Assembly (NCBI GenBank): GCA_963422365.1
Contig: OY729426.1
Span: forward strand, 864,001 to 928,000
DNA: 64,000 nt
Source: Nitrospirales bacterium
Lineage (GTDB): Bacteria; Nitrospirota; Nitrospiria; Nitrospirales; UBA8639
Reading direction: 5' to 3'
This document shows positions 21,633 through 30,432 of the stretch, one piece after another. How positions within the stretch are numbered: position 1 is the stretch's first letter; every line of letters starts with the position of its first letter. The translations under genes were made by a program, and so were the position numbers. The notes below the pieces were generated by a model. It had not been told where the DNA came from, did no database searches, and saw nothing but the letters and a program-made list of their open reading frames with translations.

Positions 21633-21937
21633 TTCCCCCGAATGCCGAGCAGCGTGACGGTGCGGCTGGCAGCGGTCCACCAGACCCACTGCTTCCTGGG
21701 GTCATACGTGATGCGCGGCCAGGTGGGGCCGTAACTGAAGGAGTCGGGGAGAGTGAAGCCCACCGCGACTCCGCCGGAGAACGTCCAGAAGTCCCCGCGG
21801 GTGAGAGAGAAAAGCGGGACGCTGGCGTGCCCGCCCGCCGTTGTTGTCTCGATGACATAGAGGAGCCGCCCCCGGAGGAGGGCATTTGCGCCAAAGGCCT
21901 GGCCGTACGCGTCTGTGAAGGCGACCCCATAGCTCAT
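21629..21937 (-). CDS. Phage tail-accessory small protein
   Basis: GGAGG RBS and MSYGVAFTDAYG start; overlaps the next SYG-starting gene. Confidence 0.5.
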   Translation of the reverse strand: MSYGVAFTDAYGQAFGANALLRGRLLYVIETTTAGGHASVPLFSLTRGDFWTFSGGVAVGFTLPDSFSYGPTWPRITYDPRKQWVWWTAASRTVTLLGIRGK

Positions 21938-22244
21938 GTAAGTGCCTCCGGCTGGGGAGTGGCGGCGGGCCGTGGCCGGCGCCACTCCAGGCGCCCTGCC
22001 TGGGCAGGGGGTGTCCACGAAAGCGTCTGGGAGGCCTGGTCATACGTGAGGGGTGCGGGCACGACGGGCGCAGGGAGCGCGTCCGGGGCATGAGGCATTC
22101 GGCACCCCGTGGGGGCACGTGGCTGGCCATGCCGTGGCTGGGGCCGGCGGCCAATCCTCGATCACGTCGCCCCGTTCAGGGTCATACGCCACCACCACTG
22201 AGCCCGGCACGCCCGCCTCCAAGGAGGCCAGGACCGTCACTGTC

Positions 22245-22883
22245 TCATCCCCGGCAGGGGGCTGTTCCTCGGCAAGGGGCACGCTCTGCGCCTCTGGCAG
22301 GGGCGTGTCTCCTTCTCCCCTGTTCCCTACTCCCTTCATCCTTTTCCTTCCTCCTTCTTCCTTCATCCCTTCCCCTTCCTCGGGGAACCTCGGGGGATTT
22401 TTCCGGCGGCATCACCCCCCCCGACGGGACCGTCTGGAGGCTCGCCCACCACACCGATTCCTCCGGCCGCAGATACCACCACGATTGCGGAGGGCCCCAC
22501 CGCTTCTCTCGCACATTCGCTCTCAATTGCGCCAACGGGATGGCCTGCGTCAATCGCCGCGCCTCCGACAATTCCAGGGCGCTCAACTGGGGCAAGTGAC
22601 CGTACCGGTCGGTAACCCCCTCGAAGGTCATCCCGCACCCTGTGGCCACCTCGGGCCATCACTCACCTGGCGGCAACGTCCGGAGACGTCCCAACCGGGT
22701 GACTCCCAGGAGCCACCCCGCTGAGTACAGATACCCCGGCATCCCCGCCGTCGTATGGGCAGGTCGTGCCCTCCGGAGATCCACGGTTTTCCGGCCCCCG
22801 ACGATCATCTCTGCCCACGCCTGGTGCAAGGCCAGCAACATTCCCCGCTCTGATCGGCCTCTGCTCTCCACAGGCATCATCAT
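22245..22883 (-). pseudogene. ASCH-domain protein with in-frame stop
   Basis: LLALHQAWAEMIVGGRKTVDLRR...YLYS...PPGE*WPEV...IPLAQLR...PPQSWWYL. The two ORFs share a frame across TGA at 22659-22661. Confidence 0.65.
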
Positions 22884-23237
22884 TCCTCATCCTCGGCCCT
22901 GCTCCACCGTCCCTGGTCAGTCAGACCCGAGGAGGAGATTCTCGCCGTCCTTCCTCTTCGTCGGCCCACGGGACTGCATCAATCGTCTCTGGTCTCACCT
23001 AACACGAGAGCCGCGTGTCCTCCTCCGACCTAACAGCGACGCGCTCTGAGGGCAGCCGGCAGAGGCGTCGCCACTAGGAGGACCAGAACCACATGGCCAT
23101 CACCCTCCCCCTGGGTGTCCGCACATAACATTCTCTCTCAGAGTCAGCGATCATGAGTTCCTCCTTTCAGACCCACAAACGAAAACAGAGAGACCAGAGA
23201 GACGTGACAAAGAACCCAGCTGGCGAGGCCCCCCCTC

Positions 23238-23363
23238 TCAGCACGCACATCCCAACGCCCAATGTGCGCGATCCTGATCAATGCCCACCCCCGTGTCAAC
23301 TCCAGCGGCCAATAATCCCTCAGCGGCCACGCCCCCGCCACAAAACAGGGACAAGGCTCTCAT
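23238..23363 (-). pseudogene. N-terminal fragment of a C5 DNA methyltransferase
   Basis: MRALSLFCGGGVAAEGLLAAGVDTGVGID matches motif I (FxGxG) and the following helix, then truncates. Confidence 0.55.
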
Positions 23364-23509
23364 CCCCGCCATCTCCTGCCTTGATACGCGCGAGCCCCTG
23401 GGGTAGTCTCCTCGTGGCGCCGGAGTCATTTTCGCAATGACCTGATCCTTCGGGGCAGCGCGGGGTTGCTGCGGCCCGTACGGCGCCACCTATTCCCCTC
23501 CCACCCGCT

Positions 23510-24701
23510 TCAACGTCCGCCGTCCCTGCTCCACACCTGTTGCCGCCGAGCCCGCGCGTAGCTCACCAGATACGTTTCTGTCCCGTCCTGCGTGCGTTTA
23601 ATCACGGCGCGCCACCAGTGGCCCTGCTCTACAAGGAAGCTCACGAGCACCCCAGGGCGCTCGGCCGACTGAAACACCGTCCCGGCGTCGAGCATGCGCT
23701 GCACCCGTGCGTAGTCCTGGGGCGTCACGTCAGGATGCCGTTCGGCTTTGTTTGGCCGCGGTCCAGGCCGACAGGCGCACGGTGGGCGACATCGCGTCCA
23801 GGGCGGTCGCTACAGGATCGGGCAGCGGGCCATGGGCTGAGATCCCCGTGGGTCGGCTGCCGCAGGAACGCGGCGAACGCCGGGCTCGCCAGCCCCTGGG
23901 CCGTCACCGCGTGCGCGGTCGCGGGCGGCTGCGCATCCAGCTTCGAGACGAGGCGCGAGGCGGCGTCTTGCGCATGACGGGACCCGGCCGGGGCCAGGCC
24001 CAAGTGATACGCCCACCCGGGATCGATCCCCACGGGCACCTGCTGCACCTGCCCTGTGCGCGTGTTGCGCTATGGCGCGGTCACGACGCGGGGTGCTCTT
24101 GAGAGATCGTCCAGCCGCGCTGCGCCAGATCGGCGGCGGAGAGTGGCACCACGCGGCACCGGCATCGCCAGCCGTTGGGCGGATAGTGCGTGGTCCACCA
24201 GGGGTCGTCCACGGGCAGAATCAGCCCGTGCCAAGCGGCGTGGTCGGGTCGCACGCGGGCGTCTCCGGCGGTGATATAGCGCAGATAAGGCCACGCCGCC
24301 TGCACACGCTCGATGCGCGCCCACTGCCAGGCAGTGTAGGCGGTGCGGACGTTAGCGTTAAAGATCAGCCGGAGCCGTGAGGACAACCCCAGGAGCGCCA
24401 CGCGCGCCTCGCCCGTCTGCGGGTTCGTCACCACCCGGTGGCCCCACCAGCCCCATCGCCGCAAGAGCGGCTCCAGCCCATCCTGGAATTGCGCCAACGA
24501 TTGGCCCTCGGCCAGGGCGGTGTCGAGGGCCGTCCGAATCTCGGCGAGCAGGTCCACCTGCATGGCCGTCGCCACAGTGAACGCGTGGGCGTGCTCCTCC
24601 TGCCACACGTCGCGCCAGTCGAAGCCGACATGGTAACCCTTGCGTCGGAGGAAGGCGAGGTCCTCCTCTGTCGGCAGCGTGGTCAGGTCAGCGGTCGGCA
24701 T
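23510..24701 (-). pseudogene. Mu gpF-like head morphogenesis protein with C-terminal nuclease-like extension, frameshifted
   Basis: FDWRDVWQEEHAHAFTVA, RLRLIFNANVRTAY, DARVRPDH, HYPPNGWRCRC; continues across breaks as VPVGIDPGW and RHPDVTPQDY...WRAVIKRTQDGTETYLVSY. Confidence 0.8.
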
Positions 24702-24726
24702 AAGGCCACCCCTCACCCTGTCCTGC

Positions 24727-25215
24727 TCACGGGTGGAGAGGGGAAACAGCCGAAGGATCGGCCTCCGGGTGTGAGGCTTTGGGCACAGGCTGCTCCCGGC
24801 CGCGGCCGGGCCCTGTCAGGGCTCCGTCGGGGTCCCCCACGCCGGCGTCGCCCGCGGCGCGGGCCATGAAGTTCGCCTCGGCGAGGCGCGTCGTTACCGG
24901 GGCCAGCCCCTGGAGGAGCACGGCCTTGGTCAGGTCGGTGCGGGCCGCCGCTAGCGACTCCGCAGACCCCACGGCCTCGACCAGCGGCCGGACCAGGGGC
25001 GCGAGCATGGGATCCCACTCCGCCACGGCGGTGTGCCCCAGGGTGTGCAGCGCCCTCCCCGGCGTCGCGGGCGTGGGCATCCGGTGGAGACTGGGCGGCG
25101 AGCACCGCCGGGGGCCCGTGGCTGGTACGGCGGGCATGTCCTCCCAGTCGCCGCCGTAGACGGCGCAGATGTGGGCCAGAGTGAGACACCGGCCCGTGGT
25201 GCGGGCCACTCGACA
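24727..25215 (-). pseudogene. C-terminal fragment of a Mu gp29-like portal (DUF935-like)
   Basis: WDPMLAPLVRPLVEAVGSAESL...LAEANFMARAAG immediately upstream of MuF, matching the Mu gene order. Confidence 0.55.
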
Positions 25216-25754
25216 CGATCGACTCAGGGCGGAGCGGGCAGGGAGGAGGAGGGGAGCCGGTCAGGCTCCGACGAGCCGGCCGAAGCCGGCCAAGACGAGC
25301 ATCAGGCCAAGCACGAGGGAGATCGGCAGCAGGAGGCCGTAGCCCAGCACGACCGTGACCCAGTCACCGATGGTTGGCCCCCGATAGCGCATAGGGAGAG
25401 GCTACCAGATGGCAGGAGCACAGGACAAGGTCGCCGTCCGGATTGCGGCAGAGCTGGGGCAGACGCGTCAGTGCCTTGCGCAGATGGAACACGGGTTGAG
25501 TGACGTCGGCCCCCGGCCTGTTCTCGCTTCCACGGGGGGGGATGCCTAATAGATGAGGTTGATGACGGTGATGAAGACGGCGAGAAGGATGGCCAGCCCC
25601 ACGGGCAAGGCCATGGCCATGCCCGCAAACGAAAGCCAGTCCCTGCACGTCGTCAGCTGGAGGGCAATCAGCGTCGGCTCGCCGGCGAGCCGATCCTGGC
25701 ACTCGCATGCGGGGTGATGATGGAGTGTAGGTTTTATATGTAGAGTATGAAACC

Positions 25755-26557
25755 ATGTCGAGTCTAAATTTCAAGCTCGCGATCAGGATCGCCACGGAAT
25801 TGCGGAAACCCCAGGCCCAACTGAAGACCCTCCAAGGGGAGCTCCGCCCCCAGGGCGTAGATGCGTTATATCGCTATGAGTGGGTCACGCAGCGCATCGG
25901 CACCACAGGGCAGTGGAGCCGCTGGAACCTGCCCGCCTTGCAGGTTGCCTACGTCCAGGGCCCCCAGGGCGACCCGGGGCGCCCCCCCCTCTTGCCCGCG
26001 TGGCGATTGCTACCTGCACCGGCCGATCCTCGGCACGTACAACGGGATACGCTTCATCTACCAGACCACGGCCCGCAGCGGGCCCGGCGACCCGGCCAAG
26101 AGTCAGGCCGGCTGGTCTCGCTCCAGGCTCCCCGAGAACTGGGAGCAGGCCAAGCAGCATTGGATCGCCACGCGACGGGTGAGCGGGTCATGGCCCACGC
26201 CGGTTGAGTACCCGGCCTTTGTCTACTACGCGGCGATGGCAGCGCTGCCGAATGCGCAGGAGGCGGTGCTCTCCGACACGGTCACCCTCTACAATCCCGC
26301 CCTCACTTGGATTGAGACTCGGGCCGTGGACGGCAGGGGGGAGGCGACCGGTCGAGAAGCGCCTCGACGGCCAGCTCCTGATGCCGGGCAGCGTCACGGC
26401 CAACGCCATGAACGTGCAGACCCTCTCGGCCCTCTCCGCCACCGTGGGCACCTTCCGCTCCGCCGCCGCCGGCGAGCGCGTCGAAATCTCCGACAATCGC
26501 CTCTCCGTCTACGACGCCGCCGGACGCCTCCGCGTCCGCATCGGCGCCCTGTCGTGA
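25755..26557 (+). pseudogene. Phage tail gene remnant ending in a tail-tip (J-like) C-terminus
   Basis: Frameshifted pieces ending DGQLLMPGSVTA...LSALSATVG...RVEISDNRLSVYDAAGRLRVRIGALS*. Confidence 0.6.
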
Positions 26558-27248
26558 GGGCAGCCGGCCCACAGCCTGGCGCCGCTCGATGCCGCCGGCT
26601 CCCGCCGCAGCCGTATCGGCGCCCTCACCTTACCCTCCCCCCCTGCCCCGCCCATTCCCCACCACCGAGTGCCCCTCCAAACCCAAGAGAAATTTCTAGA
26701 CCCCTCGCAATTCTTTTCGTCCGGATCCACAATTATTTTCATACGGCTACAGCGGCATTTTCTGTTGCCTGGAAGAGGCGCCTGAGCCTGCCATCGGAGA
26801 GCGACGCCCTCTTGGAGAGCTGACGGCCTTCAGCTGAGGCCGCGCCGGGGGGGGGGCGACGACGAGGCGTCAGCGGCCTTGGCGGGGCAAGCCCGTGCGG
26901 TGTGTGGTGGTGAGGGGGCCGCCCCATCCGTTTGCGCCTAGCGGCTTGTGAGTGAAAGGGAGGCGTTACGTTCAGGGAGAACGAAGAGGGACGGTTGACG
27001 ACCGGGACCGTGATGGGACCGTGATGGGATAGGATGGTTCGACCTGAATGAAGTCACCGGAGGAGAGACCCCATCAGACCGAAGCTAGTCGCCATCAGAA
27101 CGAGCCAGCCCGTCATAGGGTGTGACGGAGAGGGTGGTGACTGAACGTGGACGGAGGGCCGTGATGAACCGACAACGACACTTTCACCCTGTGAAGAGAT
27201 TGAACCACGTCCCCATTCTTCGGGTTCTCACCGCACCCTTCGTTACTA

Positions 27249-27276
27249 CCCCCCCCCCCCCCCCCCCCCCCCCCCC
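27249..27276 (+). repeat. Homopolymeric C28 tract
   Basis: 28 consecutive C between ATG 27164 and the adhesin signal-peptide region. Confidence 0.95.
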
Positions 27277-27303
27277 GAAATTCCTGTTCGGCAGGCCAAC
27301 GCC

Positions 27304-30300
27304 GTGAAATCTCGTCAACCCCTGCGGCACCTCGCCGCTGCCCTCGGCCTGATCCTCTATATCATCTGTGTCCTGCCGGTCGCTGCACAGACTTCCGCCG
27401 GCGTCACGTTATCCAAAAGCAGTGTCACCGTTACCGAAGCCAGCGGCGCTGGGCGCACCGCCACCTACACCGTGGTACTGGACACCGAGCCGACAGCGAA
27501 CGTCACCATCACCATCACCAGTGGCGATACCAGTATTGCCACCGTCTCCCCGGCATTGCTGACCTTCACCACAGCCAACTGGAATACCCAACAGATCGTC
27601 ACCGTCACCGCCGGTCAGAATGAGGACATTGATCATGGTGTTTCTAAAAGTGTGTCGATTTATCATACTCCATCCGGCCGCGGCTACGGCGACAGGGATA
27701 CGGTTCTTTTATCTGTCAACGTGTTAGACGACGACATCGCCGGTATCACCGTCACCGAGACCGGTGGCAGCACCGCCACCACCGAAGCCGGTGGCGCCGA
27801 CACCATCAGCGTAGTGCTGGACACCGAGCCGACAGCGGACGTCACCATCGCCGTATCCAGCTCCGACACCACTGAAGGTACGGTTGACAAGAGCAGCTTA
27901 GTCTTCACCGCTTCCAACTGGAATACCCCACAGATCGTCACCGTCACCGGTCAGGATGACAACCTGGCCGATGGTGATCAATCCTATAACATCGTACTGG
28001 CCAAGGCCGTCAGTGGCGACGTTCATTACGGCGGCAGCCTCACAGTCTACAACGCCATTAACCCAGCGGACGTGACGGTGACCAACGCCGATGACGACGC
28101 CGGTGTCATGTTGTCCACGAGTGCGGTCACCGTCACCGAAGCCAGCGCCGGGCGCAGCACCACCTACACCGTAAAACTCAGCATCCAACCCTCGGGCAAC
28201 GTCACCGTCACCCCCACCAGCGGCGATACCAGCGTGGCCAGAGTCTCCCCGGCCTCCCTGACCTTTACCACTACCAACTGGAATACGGCACAGCCCATCA
28301 CCGTCACCGGCGTGGATGACAGCACCGATGGGGATAGAACCACCACCATCAGCCATACAGTAACTGGTGCCGACTACACCTCAGTCAGTGCCGCCATTGT
28401 CGTCGTCACCCTCACCGACGACGACAATGGCCCACCGACCGGCGCCGTGACCATCACCCGCACCGCTACCCAGGGACAGACGTTGACCGCGGACACCTCT
28501 GGCATCTCCGACCCGGACGGCCCGAGTAATTTAATGTTCGGTTATCAGTGGAAGCGCGATGGCGCTGCCATCAGCGGCGCCACCAGTGGCACCTACACCC
28601 TGACACAAGCCGACGTCGGGTCGGCCATCACCGTCACCGTGAGTTGGACCGATGCTGGCAACACTGCCGAATCCCTTACCTCTGCGGTGGCAGTTCTTCC
28701 CTCTGGGGTGACAGTGCCGGCGGCCCCTGCTGGTCTCACAGTGATTGTGCGCAGTGGCAAAATCAAGTTCCGCTGGGAGATTCCCAACAACCCCGACATC
28801 ACCGGCTATCAATACAAACAATGGACTGGCAATACCGAACCCAGTCTTGGCACCTGGGTAGACTTTTCAGGTGCAATGTCTGCGACTACACAGAACCGCT
28901 CGGTACGAGGTTTGACCGACGGCACCGAATACAACTTCCGCATTCTGGCGATAGCCGGCAGTGTGACGGGGACCCCGTCCGGCGTTATTACCGTGAACCC
29001 GTCGATCACTCCGGATGTGCCCGCCAGGCCTGCTGCCGTCACCGCGGTACCCGGCGACGGACAAGTAGCGTTAAGTTGGACTAATCCCAATAATGCTCTC
29101 ATTACCAAGTATCAGATCCGGCGGCAGGACGTGACGATTGCACCCGACGGGGGTAAAACCAGCGGGAACTGGAGTGATTGGAGTGACATCCCCGGCAGTG
29201 GCAAAGACACCACCGGCTATACAGTGACCGGTTTGACCAACGGCATGAAGTACAACTTCCGCATTCGGGCGGTAGCCGGTACCTCGTCCTATGGGAAGGC
29301 GTCCAGCGCCGCCGGTGCCAGGCTGGCGATACCGGCCGCGCTGGTCGCGGCGGCGCCGCCCAAACCCACCGGCCTTGCGAAGGTCATTGGCAACGGCCAA
29401 GTGACATTAACCTGGGACAATCCCAACAATCTTGCCATCACCGGGTATCAATATAAATACTGGAGTGGCACCCCCGAGAGCGGCCGCTGGAGCGAGGTGT
29501 CGGGCAGTGACAAAGACACCATCAGCCACGTGGTGACGGGGTTGACCAACGGCACCAAATACCACTTCCGCCTTCGGGCGCTGGTCGGGCGGGTTGCCGG
29601 AGTGAAGTCCCGTTCCACTAGTGCCACACCGGCGGTCCCGCCGGTGCAGGCCGCGCCGACTGCAATCAGTGCGCAGGCCGGGTACAGACAAGTCGAGTTG
29701 ATCTGGCGTGATCCGAGTCTGAGGGATCAGAAGGACACCACCATCACCAAATACCAGATCAAATACTGGAGCGGCCCGAGCGAGACGGGGGCCTGGCGGG
29801 ACATTTCCGCCACGATCAACACCAGACACGCCTACTACATCGTGACGGGGCTGACCAACAGCGTGCCGTACAATTTCCGGCTTCGTGGGTTGACGAACGG
29901 GTTTGTGGTGACCGAGTCCAACCGCGTGCAAGCGAGCCCGGTGGCGCCGCCGCCGAACACCCCCGCCCGCCCTCAGGCGGTGGCCGGCGACGGTGAAATA
30001 ACGTTAACCTGGGCCAATCCCAACAACCGCGACATCACCGGCTATCAGATTCGGCAATGGACGGGCGGTGGGGAGCGAGGCAGTTGGAGTGCTTGGAGCG
30101 ACATCCCGGGCAGCGACAAAGCCACCACCGGCTATACCGTGAGTGGGCTGACCAACGGGGTGAAATACAGCTTTCGCATTCGGGCGGTCGCGGGCAGGGT
30201 GACGGGGTCGCAGTCCCCCTACACCGCCGTCGTAATCCCCGGGGCCACGCCGGGCCAGCCCGCCCTCAGGGCCGTGGCGGGCGAGGGGGAAGTGACGTTA

Positions 30301-30432
30301 CGCTGGAGTGATCCGACCAATCCCACCCTCTGTACCGGCTATCAATATAAACAATGGACTGGCAATGCCGAGCCTGCCGATGGCTGGGTTGACTATCGGG
30401 CAGCGATGCCAACACCGTCCGTCACGTGGTGA
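27304..30432 (+). CDS. Giant surface adhesin, 5' part (signal peptide, Calx-beta-like repeats, fibronectin type III repeats)
   Basis: Signal-like LAAALGLILYIICVLPVAAQ; repeats TYTVVLDTEPTANVT...LTFTTANWNT.Q.VTVT...DDD; FN3 repeats GDGQVALSW...ITKYQ...YTVTGLTNG..YNFRIRAV. Confidence 0.85.
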   Translation: MKSRQPLRHLAAALGLILYIICVLPVAAQTSAGVTLSKSSVTVTEASGAGRTATYTVVLDTEPTANVTITITSGDTSIATVSPALLTFTTANWNTQQIVTVTAGQNEDIDHGVSKSVSIYHTPSGRGYGDRDTVLLSVNVLDDDIAGITVTETGGSTATTEAGGADTISVVLDTEPTADVTIAVSSSDTTEGTVDKSSLVFTASNWNTPQIVTVTGQDDNLADGDQSYNIVLAKAVSGDVHYGGSLTVYNAINPADVTVTNADDDAGVMLSTSAVTVTEASAGRSTTYTVKLSIQPSGNVTVTPTSGDTSVARVSPASLTFTTTNWNTAQPITVTGVDDSTDGDRTTTISHTVTGADYTSVSAAIVVVTLTDDDNGPPTGAVTITRTATQGQTLTADTSGISDPDGPSNLMFGYQWKRDGAAISGATSGTYTLTQADVGSAITVTVSWTDAGNTAESLTSAVAVLPSGVTVPAAPAGLTVIVRSGKIKFRWEIPNNPDITGYQYKQWTGNTEPSLGTWVDFSGAMSATTQNRSVRGLTDGTEYNFRILAIAGSVTGTPSGVITVNPSITPDVPARPAAVTAVPGDGQVALSWTNPNNALITKYQIRRQDVTIAPDGGKTSGNWSDWSDIPGSGKDTTGYTVTGLTNGMKYNFRIRAVAGTSSYGKASSAAGARLAIPAALVAAAPPKPTGLAKVIGNGQVTLTWDNPNNLAITGYQYKYWSGTPESGRWSEVSGSDKDTISHVVTGLTNGTKYHFRLRALVGRVAGVKSRSTSATPAVPPVQAAPTAISAQAGYRQVELIWRDPSLRDQKDTTITKYQIKYWSGPSETGAWRDISATINTRHAYYIVTGLTNSVPYNFRLRGLTNGFVVTESNRVQASPVAPPPNTPARPQAVAGDGEITLTWANPNNRDITGYQIRQWTGGGERGSWSAWSDIPGSDKATTGYTVSGLTNGVKYSFRIRAVAGRVTGSQSPYTAVVIPGATPGQPALRAVAGEGEVTLRWSDPTNPTLCTGYQYKQWTGNAEPADGWVDYRAAMPTPSVTW

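Larger units (their letters stand above)
20736..26900. mobile_element. Degraded, rearranged GC-rich Mu-like prophage remnant (boundaries approximate)
   Basis: Abrupt rise in GC, with fragments of portal, MuF head morphogenesis, tail-tip and tail-accessory genes, nearly all disrupted. Confidence 0.75.

Noticed and set aside
23047..26568. 14-bp direct repeat tgagggcagccggc at 23047 and 26555
   Set aside because: Plausible by chance in very GC-rich DNA and not at clear element boundaries.
20845..26700. Weak inverted similarity between about 20856-20877 and 26671-26692 as prophage ends
   Set aside because: Too degenerate; no target-site duplication or Mu-type terminal motif could be identified.
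11183..26900. Spacers matching the neighbouring prophage remnant or chromosome
   Set aside because: None found by eye; a proper alignment is needed, so no claim is made.
27003..27030. Short tandem gggaccgtgat repeat upstream of the adhesin
   Set aside because: Only about 2.5 copies, with no supportable function.
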